Below, piece after piece: positions 15,558-30,049 of a DNA stretch of 64,000 nucleotides. The stretch spans positions 130,944,001 through 131,008,000 of the forward strand of contig OZ024745.1 in assembly GCA_964016885.1 (NCBI GenBank). The letters are read 5' to 3'. Numbering within the stretch: position 1 is the first letter of the stretch; each line of letters begins with the position of its first letter. This DNA comes from Eledone cirrhosa. Lineage: Eukaryota. The notes under the pieces are model-generated. The model worked only from the letters and a program-made list of their open reading frames with translations. It did no database searches and was not told where the DNA came from. Made by a program: the position numbers and the translations under genes.

Positions 15558-18500
15558 AAAGTATTATATGAAGCATACAAACAATCTGAACCCCAAAAGT
15601 TCGGTTTTATGCAAAGGCTAAAAACTTTATGGAACTCCAAACACCCAGAATTAGACTTTTCTCCAAAGCATTTAAATGAACAGGCAAAACGTATCATTAG
15701 ATGTAAATTGATACATCTAACGGAATTGAGTGATACTACAAATACAGCCCTTGTAGACAACCACCCCACCTCCACTGACAGACAAAGAGAATGGCCAGCT
15801 AAATCTAACAGTGAACAGCTCATCAACAATTTTGCTGAAATCCATCCCACTTCCACTGAAGAACAGCGAGAAAGGTCAGCTGACTCTAGTAGTAATTGTC
15901 ACCACATCAACAACGAGGCTGAAATTCATGACTCTACTGAACAAACAGAGCACCAAAAACTTGTGGGCTCCCTACAAGTGATATGGAACGATATGTTTCA
16001 AGAGATACACAGCCTTAATGTGAGTGACAGACCATACAACACTAGAGTCAGTAAAGAACCCACTAAATTGGAATTGGAAGCGGTGAACGAAATAGCTGGC
16101 AGTTATCTGAAGACTATACGATCTAAAGGTGTAGAAACGACATTTGAAACGCTTAATGTTTTGTTATATGTTTCAGCTGTCACATTGCTATCATATAACA
16201 CACATCTAAAACCACGCAATCAAGATACAAGCAGAAAGCCTGAACCAGCGTGGATGCGAAATTTAAAATCCAAAATTTTGTTCCTGAGACGAAGTATCTC
16301 ACACATCGCAGTCGTTATGAAATGCAACATAGAGAGCAACTTCACACGACACCAGGAAGACCTAAAGAAAAAGTTAGAGAGACGATTTGGAGATACAAAA
16401 TTTAAAACTTTGAACTCTAAATTACACCAGTTGAAACAACAACTCACAGCTACAACAGAAAGACTGAAATATAAGTCAACAGCACATAAACGACAAGTGC
16501 TAAATAGATTGTTTGCCAGAGATCCTAAATCAGTTTATCGCAGCTTCGGTGGCAAAAGCTCAATCTCTGTAAATGACACCCCTTCAAAGGAACAGGTTGA
16601 GAGCTACTGGAGATCTGTATGGGAAACGGATGACGGATTCAACAGACAAGCTAATTGGCTAAAAGAACTGGAACAGGACTACTGCCCACATGTCCAGACA
16701 AAACAATATGACATAGATGGGTCAATACTGGAAACAGCTCTACAGAAAATGTCGAATAGGAAATCGCCAGGCCCAGACCTCATTACAGGATACTGGTTGA
16801 AGAATTTCACTTTCTATCGGCAAGATCTCATACGGCTGTTTACAGAAACCATTAAGGGCACACAAGAACTGCCCAGATGGTTATCAACTGCCTCTACTCT
16901 CCTCATTCCCAAAAATAGCCAAACCACCCTTGCTAAAAATTACCGCCCAATAGCCTGCCAAAACATCAGGTATAAATTATATACTGGGTGCCTTAACCTG
17001 TTCTTATAGGATCACTGTGCTACCAACAACATCATAACACCTGAGCAAGCTGGTGGAAAGAGGGAGGTGTGGGGTTGCATAGATCACCTACTAACTAACA
17101 AAATGATTCAGGAAAAAACAACAAAGAATCGCAGAAACATGACTGTCGTGTGGCTGGACTATCAAAAAGCATTTGATAGTGTACCTCATGGGTGGATTGT
17201 TAAGGCTTTACAGTTAGCTAAAGTCCCACAACCATTGGTAGCTGCTGTTGGACGCCTGACCAAGAACTGGTACACCAGTTTGATCCTTAGAGGTGAGAAG
17301 GAGCAGGTTAAGACTGATAAGATACATTACCAGAAGGGCATCTTTCAGGGTGATAGCTTGTCAGTGCTACTCTTCGTTCTCTCACTGAATCCACTATCTT
17401 ACCTACTCAGGAAACAAGGTGGACAAAGAGGTGGGCCCAGAAGTATCTCCCATCTTTTCTTTGTTGATGACCTGAAGTTGTATGGGCCAAATATCAATGA
17501 CATCAAGAAACAATTGGACCTCATTACACAATTTTCAACCGACATCAAAATGAAATTTGGTGAGTCCAAGTGTGCATATTTGGCAGTAAAACGTGGAAGA
17601 GCTGTGCCCTCCTCTAGAAATCTAGAGATGAACGGCCTGACAATACAACCTCTGCAGTCAGGTGACAACTACAGATATCTTGGACAGGATGAGAATGTCA
17701 GATATGATGGACCCATAAATAAGGAGAGAACCAGAACTGAATACCTCAGAAGAGTAAAGAAAATATGGTCATCAGAACTGTCAGCATACAACAAATACAT
17801 TGCCCACAATACTTATGCTGTGCCAATTCTAACGCCAACATTTGGCCTACTGAACTGGTCATTGCAAGAACTAAGTGAGATGGATGTTAGAACTCGAAAA
17901 CTTCTCAGTGTTACTGGGAACTTTAACATCAATGGTGATGTGGATAGGCTATACTTCTCACGCAAGGAAGGTGGCCGGGGTCTAAAATCAATATTAACAA
18001 CATATGAGACCCGGATAGTAACACTGAAGCAACACCTTCAACAGAAGAAAAAGGTTGGCAACCATCTTGCCCAGGTTTATGACCATGAAAAAAGAAATAT
18101 CATTAGAATAGCGACTGATCTGGAGGAGAGATATGGAATAAAGCCGGATATAAATCTCTCACCCAGAGAAATCGGAAGATCCTATTCAATGTTCAAACAA
18201 GATAAAAAAATTGACCAATTTACAGAAAAAGTTGTGCATGGATACTTGAGGCGTAAAACACTGACCATAGAGGGGATAAACCACTCAAAAAGCCTGGCAT
18301 GGAGTTCCGACAAGTTTATGACATCACACCTTGAGGGATATCTCTATGCAATACAGGAACAAGAACTCCCTACCAAATATCTGCTGCACAAAAGAGGAGG
18401 GCCAGCAGCTGACAATAAATGTAGGCTATGTAAAACAAAGATCGAGGATGTAAGCCACATTGTTGCTAGCTGCGAAAGAATGTCATCTCGCTACTACCTC

Positions 18501-19070
18501 CCCATGAGACACGATGTGATAGCTAGAACCATCTGGAACGCACTTCGGAAAACAAAATTAACAACAAACGAGGAAGAATATATTGAGACAGATGGCACTA
18601 AGGAATACTGGTGGAACCTGAAAATAAAAACTGCCACCAAATTAAAGCACAACCGGCCTGATATTGTAGTTTGGGACCACACATTGAAAACGTGTTCTGT
18701 TGTGGAGATCAGCTGTCCACTTGATGTAAACGTTGTCAGAAAAATACAGGAGAAGGAGGACATCTACGGACCATTGATGAGGAGTTTACAAATCCAGTAT
18801 CCAAGATATACCTTTAGCTTCATACCCATCATTATTGGTGCTACGGGTTATATACCAACCCGCTTGGACCAAAGTATGACTGAACTTGGATTTGCGGACA
18901 AAAAGCGCAGCTCCCTAATTCATAGTCTGCAAATGGCTGCGATAGCTGGCACCTTCAAAATTTGCAAAACATTCTTGCGATTCAAGGGATGACAATTTCT
19001 TTTCTTTTACAACCTTGCCACCAGGAAGGTGGCCGGTCAAAAAAATATACTCGAAATTAAGAGAAAGAGA
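15558..19070 (+). mobile_element. R4/Dong-clade non-LTR retrotransposon, near full length, inserted in (TACA)n
   Basis: ORFs 15609..17009 and 17067..18992 are in frame, split by one TAG; RT motifs KSPGPD, NYRPI, WLDYQKAFDSVPH, GIFQGDSLS, FVDD; CCHC knuckle, RHD, PD-(D/E)xK restriction-like endonuclease. Confidence 0.93.
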
Positions 19071-19519
19071 ATACATACATACATACATACATACATACAT
19101 ACATACATACATACATACATACATACATACATACATACATACATACATAAGTCAGTGTATACACATGCTATTTTATATTCACTGTGGATTGCTGTTCCAT
19201 GAAACTTGAGAAACGAGAAATAAAATTCAGTTTAAACTCGATAAAACATATTCTACAACACTGGACAACAATACAATACTATTATGGCATATCAGTTGGA
19301 CGATTGATAGAGTTGGAAAAGAGTTTCCGACCCTGGTCCTTCATCAAAAGAGAGAAAAAAGGGAAAAGAGCATTCTTAGGTGAGAGAAGATGAAGAGAAG
19401 AGAGAGTACCAAAAAATACCGCTAAACTACAGAGAAGAGGGAAGCATACGAAAGTGCCGAAGGAGGTTAGATTACTAGAAAGTTATTGAAAGAGACATTA
19501 TTTACTTCTCATTAAATAA

Positions 19520-19930
19520 TTGGTTCTACTTTTGGCACAAGGCCAGCAATTACCCCAGTGTATTACTGGTACTTTATTTTATCGACCCCGTAAGGATGAA
19601 AAGCAAAGTTAACCTCGGCAGGATTTGAACTCAGACCGTAAAGGGATGTAACTCTATGTTGCAAAGCATGGCGTCTCACCCTCTACCGATACTGCCAATC
19701 CACCGCCCTCATTAAATAATGGTTTCCGAATTTGGCACATGATCAAAGGGAGAGTGGAACATGGATTAAATCGACCCCAATACATTACTGGTGCTTTATT
19801 TTATCGACTCTGTTAGAATGAAAGGCAAAGCTTACCCCGACGGGATTTGAAATCAGAATGTAAAGGGCCGTAACTCTATGTCGCGAAGCATGTTCTCCGA
19901 CGCTCTACCGTTTACTGCCAATCCACCTTC
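19520..19930 (-). mobile_element. Two tandem tRNA-derived SINEs
   Basis: Same family motifs on minus strand. Confidence 0.85.
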
Positions 19931-20663
19931 ATCATTCTCAGTAAATAATAGACTCCATCCCCGTTAAGAGCCACCCCACTGAGATAAAACTGGTTAGTCA
20001 CTACGCGAGATTGTTCCTTCTATTCCCCATTTGTTCCTTCTATAAAATACATACTCAAAATATATATAAGAAAATAGTTATACTTTCGTGTTGTACAATT
20101 GTGCTTTTTAATTTTATTCATTCTCCTATATTTTACTGCTCCTATTCTAATACTATAGAAGTCAATTGTGCTTCACTGGAATAAATTGGTTTGGCGTGTA
20201 TTTCAAGTAATGAGTATTGCTCATTTTAATAAATCCGCTGTTAAGTGTTTCAGATATTTTTCTTAAATATAACTTTATTATTTGTTCATATTTATTTATA
20301 TTTGCAATTTTATTATTATTGTTACCGTTTTCTATTACTGACGATGCTTTAAACTTCAGTAAAATAAAAGAAAATACTAGTGAATTATTATATTAAAAGA
20401 TATATTCTAGTGTATAACATGGTGTTGTATTCATCATATTTCTAAAGACAAGCATCAGTTGATAATGGTTTACACGCCTTTTCAAACGCCAGTGAAGCCA
20501 TTATAATGGATAAAATCTACTTATTTGCACACACTCCATTGTTCAATAAAATGTTCGAAAACTATGAAATATAATATATCAAACAATGAGACGAAAATTA
20601 TCACTTAAGCAGGATCATATTATGTTTTCAATTGGTGTGCTTTTTCGTGTCCATGTATATATG

Positions 20664-20777
<114 letters not shown>

Positions 20778-20809
20778 CATATATATGTATATATATATAT
20801 ATATGTGTG

Positions 20810-20865
<56 letters not shown>

Positions 20866-20871
20866 TATGTG

Positions 20872-21036
<165 letters not shown>

Positions 21037-21201
21037 ATATATATATATACATATATATATACATATATACATATATATATACATATATATATATATACAT
21101 ATATATATATGCATATATATACATATATATATACATACATTATTATTATTATCATTGTTATTATTGTTATTGTCATTATTAACATTATTATTATTATTAC
21201 T

Positions 21202-22494
21202 CTTTGAGTCTCATCATTGATGTTCTTTAACTGGAAAGTTTGTTGGAATGAATATCAAGCCACTACCTGCAGCCTCAGATATTCAGGACGTATCGGAGGG
21301 TTCTTGCTGTTCCCATCAAGCATGCCTTTTGAAGCGTTCCAAAAGGCGTGAAGGGGCCAATTTTCTTTAACCATCCCTGGAAACTTTTTGAGATAGTCCC
21401 TAGTGCGCCTATGACAATCGGGACCACTTTCACTTCATGGCAGTTCCAAATCCTTTTTACCTCCCACTTTAAGTCCTGGTATCGGTTAATTTTCTCCCTC
21501 TCCTTTTCTTGCACTCTCGTGTCGAATGGGCAGGCCACATCCACAATCAGGCACGATCTTTTTTCTTTGTCCAAAACCACCAGGTCGGGTCTATTGTGTT
21601 CCAGTTTATTGTCCGTCTGTATCCTAAAATCCCATAGCACCTTCACCTGATCGTTTTCTATCACCGACTCTGGCTTATGCTCATACCACTTCTCAGAATG
21701 TGGTAAATTGTTTACTTTGCATAGGTGCCAGTGGATCACCCTGCCCATCACATCATGTCTCCAGCCCTTATAGTGAGTCTGGGCTAGGTGTTTACACTCG
21801 GATACAATGTGAGCCACAGTCTCCTCTCTCTCTCCACAGATCCTGCACAGTGGGCTAGCCTCCTCCTTGTAAATATGGTGTTTCAACCACTTCGTTTTGA
21901 GGGCCTGCTCTTGCGCAGCCATTAACATTCCTTCTGTAGCCTTTTTAAGGTCTCCTCTTTTCAACGAGTTCCATGTCTGTGGATCTCTGAATTCAGTTTT
22001 CTCAAAGAAGGTACTATGAAGGGATTTTTCATGAAGGCTGCTCTTTCTCCTTGTTGTTATTTACTCCTTGGACATCCCCTGGCCTATTGTCCCCTCCTTC
22101 AGTACAATTCTGAGCATTGGCTCCTTACTATCAGTCACGTATTTGTGTAGGTTGTTTTTCTCCATCTGAACACAGTCCTCTATGCTGATAAGACCTCTTC
22201 CACCTTCAGATCTCCTTAAGTAGAGTCTATCGACATCACTCCTCTTGTGGAACATATTGTAGATAGTCAATAGCCTCCTAGTCTTCCTATCCATTTCTTT
22301 TTGTTCAGCAACATTCCATCTCAGAATTCCCGCACTGTACCTAATAATAGACACAGCTCGGGAATTTACTGCACTTATGGCATTCCTACTGTTCAGATGT
22401 GACTTTAATACGCTCCTTACTCTCCGAATGTATTCAGATCTTATCAATTCCTTCATTTTTTTGTTCTTGATGTTATCAGCCTCCAGAACACCCA

Positions 22495-22496
<2 letters not shown>
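21202..22496 (-). mobile_element. Dong-like R4-clade retrotransposon, 5'-truncated, in (TAA)n
   Basis: RLYLRRSEGGRGL, AAQEQAL, CRIC...HIVSEC, RHD, RPDLVV...DVACP; one in-frame TAA at 22061-22063; (TAA)n on both flanks. Confidence 0.9.
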
Positions 22497-22551
<55 letters not shown>

Positions 22552-22866
22552 TACTACTACTACTACTACTACTATTACTATTAACGTTCAGTGACATTAC
22601 GCTCGTGCTATATCATGGATTAATTTATCCTAAGGATTAAAACCTAGGATAAATATGTTTATTCTATTTGTGGATTGTAGAAACACATTGATTTTGAAAT
22701 TGTATATATACATATTATTAATTGCATATTCAAGGAACTATCAGTTTCATAGCTTTTGTTCATAAAGGTCTGTATTCTCCATCATCAGAAGTTGTATACA
22801 CAGCCTCTCTTCACAGATCTTCACATAGGCGTATATGAACCCTAAATACAAAGTGACTAAGTATGT

Positions 22867-23025
<159 letters not shown>

Positions 23026-23066
23026 ATACAGCCAAATGAAAGAGCAATCTGTATATAGTACGGAAG

Positions 23067-23123
<57 letters not shown>

Positions 23124-24399
23124 GAAATATAAGCCTTCCATATGCATATATGTATGTATATACATACATATATATATATGTGTGTATATATATATATATA
23201 TATGTATGTAAATGTGTGTGTATGAATGTGTGTATGTGTATGTGTTCTTAGTGAAGCGTTAACTAGTTGGCATACATTTTGGTAAGCCAGCTATCAGACT
23301 GGATCCTGATAACTATTAAAGAGCCGGCGGTAAAGGTTATGTTTGTAGTAAACATTTGTCCTGAACTGTATTGATTACTTCTCACAGCTCTTGTTATCCA
23401 ATATTCCTAGACAAATATATTTGTTATAAAAACGAACAAAACATTCTTTCGCTAAATACAAAAAAATAGCGTCAGAAATACGTCTCGACTTCTAGGAATG
23501 ACTCCAAGCTATCTCCAATACCTTAGCAGACACCAAACAAAGAACTACATATTTACATCTGAGAAATTCTTGTGGGGAAATTTCCAAATTTCAGTTCCTG
23601 AATATTTCTTCATGATTTCCTTTCTGTGTTGTGCTGCAGTTTAAGGAGTCCTTGAACAATGCCGTGGAGTCTTTGAACACTGCCTCTAGCATATCAGTTT
23701 TTCTATGAGAATATGTTCCTACCTTCACCTTTGCTCGACCGTTCTTCATTTGTAGAGAAAGGAAAGAATATGAGTGATTTTCCATAACCCTTTTCACGGC
23801 ACAATATAACCGAATCGAAGAGGGGGCAATTAGAGAGCAAGAAATGACAAAGACAAAGAATCAACCCTTCCGTCTCCATTCTGTCCGCCGGGGCCGTGGG
23901 ACTCCATTTGCTCATAATACAGAGAGATGGGGAGGGCGAGAGAGATGGAGGCGATGACAGTGGGAGTTCGGCTGTTCCGTGTTAGGACACATCAATTCCA
24001 TGTTGCTGTTGATACTTAGATACCCGACCATTATTCCTCCATTAATACATTAGTAAGAAAGTGAGAGTGGTTCAATTGATATTATATGTGTTATATTTTA
24101 CTGGTAGCTTATAGATCGACTTCGAAAGAAGGAAAAGCTGACCACAATGGGGTTTAACCAACACTCTTACAACACCGAATAAAGAATACAGAATCGCAAA
24201 CTAACAAGAGAGTGTCTACATATTCGCCTGTCCTGCTAGAAATAGCAACTAGATTATACATTAGATAATACAGTCCTAGACATTATAAAAACAGAATTAC
24301 GAGTACGACTTTCAGAATGTTTATGTTCATATGTCTACACGATCTGCATTGACCCGAAATTGTAAAAAACAAACAATAAGAACGTCATTTATATAGAAC

Positions 24400-24668
24400 A
24401 GATCACTACCAACAGTCTCAAAAAAAGTTGCCTTCAGACGAATGAAACTAGCTGGGCACTGCATCCGTCACCCAGAAGAGACAGCATCTCAGCTTGTGCT
24501 CTGGAAACCGACGGTCAGACGAAGAAACGTGGGAAGACAGACCGTCTCATTCATTGATACCCTGCTGAGAGATGCCAACATTGATAACATCGACGAACTG
24601 AGAAATGTCATGCTCGACCGGGACGATTGGAGAAAGCGTGCTGAATCTTTGCGAGTGTAAACTCGGCC

Positions 24669-24760
<92 letters not shown>
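24400..24760 (+). mobile_element. RTE-group LINE 3' end with (TAG)n tail
   Basis: LAGHCIRHPEE...LVLW...GR...DRDDWR; terminal stem-loop cgagtgtaaactcg. Confidence 0.8.
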
Positions 24761-24929
24761 TATATAGAGTTAACATAGACATATCTACGAGGTTACCTCA
24801 TCTACTAGAAATAGCATCCAACTTTTACTCAAATAACAAGCTAGAGTCTTAAATAAAGTAATAACACGTTAGAACCGAATGTGACCTTACCTTTTTATGA
24901 CGGCAGAACTGCAGTGTTTCATGCTTGGA

Positions 24930-25352
24930 TAATTGTTTCTACTTTAAGCACAAGGCCAGCAATTTGAAGAGGTGGGGAAAGTCGATTATATCTCCACCAG
25001 TGCATTGCTGGTGCTTCTTTATTTATCGATCCCGTAAGGATGAAAGGCAAAGTTAACCTCGGCGAGTTGAACTCAGTTTAATACTTAGATAAGTGTTTCT
25101 ACTTTTGGCACAAGGCCAGCAATTATCCCAATACATTACTGGTACTTTATTTTATCGACCTCCTAAGGATGAAAGGCAAAGTTAACCCGGCAGAGATATA
25201 AGGCGGCGAATTGACAGAGTCGTTAGAACGTTGGATAGAATGATTTGTGGTATTCGTTTCGACTTTCTGAGTTCAAATCCCACCGAGGTCAACTTTGCCT
25301 TTCATCCTTTCGACGTCGATAAAAAAAGTACCAGTCTAGTACTGGGTCGATT
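24930..25352. mobile_element. Cluster of SINE fragments, both strands
   Basis: Dominant SINE core and tail motifs. Confidence 0.8.
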
Positions 25353-26124
25353 CTTCCTCTATATCTCTTTCTCATTTCCTCTCTCCCACTTTCTATCTTT
25401 CCCTGGAAGAAATTTGCTCTACTCAGACCTGGAGAGGGATGGACTCCGCCAGGCTTAAAATGCCCCCAAAACGCCGGATGTCAATACGGTGCCCTTACGA
25501 CTCTATCAGGAGCTACTGAGCCCTACCATATTATTACTGTAATTCTTTATTTTCTTCCTGTATTTTATTCGTTTATAGTCTATTTGGCCTTCTGCTCATT
25601 GATACAGCATTTTGGATTGTAATGTGGATCTCAGCCCCCTGGGTGTGGTTCTAATGATCTCATCCCCCTGGGTGTAGTACTAATGATCTCAGCCCCCTGG
25701 GTGTAGTACTAATGAAATATCTAATCTAATCTAATCTGGCCGAGTTTACATTCGCAAATAAGAAGAATCAGGGCCGCCCCTAGTAACATTGAATTTGGTG
25801 TACTTCATATTTGTTTAGGTTGCTGATACAATCAGGGGTCACTGCTTCTCCTGAAGGTCAATAGTTCTCTCGAGCGGGAGCGCCTTTCCATCGTCAATTT
25901 ACATTGATCCTCTGCAAAGCCACATTGTTCTCAGAACCACTACACCAGACTTTTGACGCGTGCAGCTGGAACTACTGCCACCCATTCATTTGCAGGATTT
26001 TTTTGATTTTTTTTTTTTTTAGATGGCCCTTGACTCTTATGAGTTCTTCCCCCCTTTGTCGATCCCATATATTTAAAACCAAACATTGTCTGAACAAAAT
26101 CGACTTTTACATGAGTATATACGG

Positions 26125-26158
<34 letters not shown>

Positions 26159-26191
26159 AATGTGAACAGAAATATTAAAAGATTTAATTAA

Positions 26192-26382
26192 TTGTTTCTA
26201 TTTTAGGCACAAGGCCAGCAATTACCCAGTACATTACTGGTACTTTATTTTATCGACCCCGTAAGGATGAAAGGCAAAGTTAACCTCGGCGGGATTTGAA
26301 CTCAGATCTTAAAGGGACGTAACTCTATGCTTCAAAGCATGGTGTCCGACTCTCTACCGATACTGCCAATCCACCGCCCTTC
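26192..26382 (-). mobile_element. tRNA-derived SINE
   Basis: Full head-core-tail on minus strand. Confidence 0.88.
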
Positions 26383-26728
26383 GATTTAATTTAAAGATTT
26401 AATTAATGCTTCGTAAATGTATACAAAAATACTTTGAGAATTTTAAACGTATCCTTATTTTTGTGTATTCCTCCGCGGGCCAAAGAGTAGTGAAAGGTCT
26501 GGCGCCAGTTTTCACTCATATCTGTGTTCATGAGAAACCGTGTATACTTCCCCCTGGTCACTGAGAAATATGCATCTAAAGACTTTATAAGTCCACTAAT
26601 TGTGGTAGTATCAACGAACTGGAAATTCCAATTTGCATAACATTAGATCTTGCGCTGGTAGCTAATTCAATTAGGTGCTAAACTTTGAAATTAGCAGCGA
26701 TACTGGATAAATGTCTAGTTTATGTATT

Positions 26729-26800
<72 letters not shown>

Positions 26801-26853
26801 TGTGTTTTATGTTAACGTTTTGGCGTCTGTACGCGTGTGTATATATACGTGTG

Positions 26854-26889
<36 letters not shown>

Positions 26890-27012
26890 CACGTTGATTT
26901 TTTTTATTAATCTTAGCCCGTTATTAATAACATTAAAACACGCAAAACTTCGAAAATTATTTCTAACATGTAGTGTGTGCATAAAAAATATGTGCATGCA
27001 TAAATATTATAC

Positions 27013-27094
<82 letters not shown>

Positions 27095-27622
27095 TTACAC
27101 ACAAACACACACAGAGACAAACATCCATATGCTTTGTTTCTCACATTTGTTCCTGATCATTCAGGTATATGTGCGTGTGTTATTGTATATATATGATATC
27201 GGCGTATAGAAGGAGAAATGAAAGGATGGTAGAAATGGAGGTGATGGGATGGGATTGCGAATAGATAGATGAATTCTTTCAACTTTATGCAAGCAAGCTC
27301 TGACAAATCAACAACAATAATAACACTGACAGAGACATGAAAAATAGAAATATCATCTAGAGTAACAACAGCGACTACGGTTTATCCCTGTGTGTGTATC
27401 TTACTACGTATGTTTTTCTTTGAGAATTACGTCCTGTATATATGCGTATATGTATATGTGTATATGTGTATATACATATGCATGTGTATATATGTGTATG
27501 TGTGAATGTATGAATATGAATATATATATATATAAAGGGAAAAAAAATATTTTTCTTCCTAATAATCGTCTTTCTCCCTGTTTTCATATATATATATATA
27601 TATACATATATACATACACATA

Positions 27623-27689
<67 letters not shown>

Positions 27690-27694
27690 GTGTG

Positions 27695-27766
<72 letters not shown>

Positions 27767-27883
27767 CACACACGCGTGATGTGTAATATGTATGTAAGTA
27801 TATGCAATCGAAAATATCCCAATTTTAGAGTCATGATATTTTAAATTGACGCCTGCCAAAAAAGTTATTTGATTGTTACGGTC

Positions 27884-27915
<32 letters not shown>

Positions 27916-27925
27916 CATATGTAGG

Positions 27926-27970
<45 letters not shown>

Positions 27971-28749
27971 TGTACGTAGGTCGATATATATATATATATA
28001 TATAATATATGTACGTATGCATGTATGTCACTCTTTATGTATGTGTTTCCGTGAATATGCATATATCTTTGTGTTCCTTTGACTACCTGTATACGTATGA
28101 TATGTTTGTACGTTTGTGTGTATATGTACAAGTATATATGTATATGTATAAGTATATATGTATATGTATGTGTATATGTATATATGTATATATGTATATA
28201 TGTATGTGTATATGTATATATGTATGTGTATATGTATATATGTATATATGCGTATATGTGAATGTGAATGAGTAATAAGATAATTGACGAACAAGATGGC
28301 GGGGCTTGTGAGGATATTTGTATATTTGTTTCGTAGAAGTTTTTCTTGTGTTATTATCGTTGTTACTGTTGTTGTTACTGTTGCTGTTACTGTTGTTGTT
28401 ACTGTTGTTGTTATTGTTTCTTTATTATTATAATTTTTCCCCACAAAATAACATTAGCTAAGCTTATTTTTCATGTCGTGACCTTCATCTGGGTAACAAA
28501 GGAATGTAAAGGAAATATTGCAGAGTGAAGGGGAAATGGAGAGGGGTGTTGTGTTTTTTGGAAGTAGTTAACAGTGGTTGTTATGGTAATGGTTATTGTT
28601 GTGGTTATTATTGCTGTTGTTGTTGTTGTTGCTAATAGCTTCTGTTGTTTGTTTGTTTGTCTTTTAAGTTGTTTTCTTTGTCTTTGTATTTTTCTTTTTT
28701 TTCTTTTTCGCTGTTGTATATATATATATGTATGTATATGTGTGTGTGT

Positions 28750-28891
<142 letters not shown>

Positions 28892-29010
28892 TACACATAT
28901 ATATATACATATATATCTATATATGTATATATGTGTGTGTGTGTGTGTACATATATATATATAACATATATATCTATATATGTATATAGATATAGATATA
29001 TATGTATACG

Positions 29011-29146
29011 GAAAAATATATACAAAGGTTATTTATTACCAGCTACAGTACCAAATCAACATCACCATCAACAACAACAACAATATATAAATATATAAAT
29101 ATATATATATATAAATATATAAATATATAAATATATATATATATAA

Positions 29147-29180
<34 letters not shown>

Positions 29181-29260
29181 TATGTATATATTGTTGTTGT
29201 TGATTCTGATGTTGATTTGGTACTGTAGCTGGTAATAAATAACCTTTGTATATATTTTTC
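29011..29260. repeat. Inverted repeat (~80 bp arms) around a TA-rich spacer
   Basis: gaaaaatatatacaaaggttatttattaccagctacagtaccaaatcaacatca / tgatgttgatttggtactgtagctggtaataaataacctttgtatatatttttc. Confidence 0.88.
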
Positions 29261-29346
29261 TGTTATTACGTCGTCGTTCTTCTTCTTGTAGTTGTAGTTG
29301 TTGTTGTTGTTGTTGTTTCTGTTGTTGCTGTTGTTGTTGTTGTAGC

Positions 29347-29381
<35 letters not shown>

Positions 29382-29412
29382 CTGTTGTTGCTGTTGTTGT
29401 TGTTGTTGTAGC

Positions 29413-29510
<98 letters not shown>

Positions 29511-29511
29511 C

Positions 29512-29545
<34 letters not shown>

Positions 29546-30049
29546 GATGTTTCAGCAGAAACTGAGAGTAGTTGACTTTTGGAAGTTGGTGATAATAATG
29601 ATGGTGGTTGGTGGCGTTATTTAACCCCAGGCTAGCCCTAATGCAGCAGACCCATAATCAAACTCTGTCCAGCTTCAAAGTCCCTTTTTCTTTGTATTTC
29701 AGATACTTCTAACTACACTATTCATTGTGTTCCTTATTTAATGCGACTGTGTGTGATTTGAGAGAGCATTGGCTGTTATATCTAGCATGTTAAATGACCA
29801 CTTTGATACTCTTTTGTTGAATAAAGTACCAACAATGCACTACTACTTACTACCTTGACGCTAAACTCCGCCAGTTGCAAACTGCGCATCAACAGGAGAT
29901 ATTTTTCTCCACAAAGTTTGATCGCCAACAGCAGAGTTTAAAAAGCAAAGATCAAATCCAGTCCATATCAAAATTGTTGGCCTTGTGGCTAAATCAGAAA
30001 CCATTATCATCAATATCGTCATCATCTTTATCATTATTATGGTAATAAT

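Noticed and set aside
19310-19355. TTGATGAaggacc...GAAA on the minus strand
   Set aside because: Core and stem II both mutated; possible relic of the 36165 type, not supportable as functional
22660-22795. Degenerate long-stem-II hammerhead on the minus strand
   Set aside because: tgga/tcca closes a stem, but GAAA reads CAAA and stems I and III are weak
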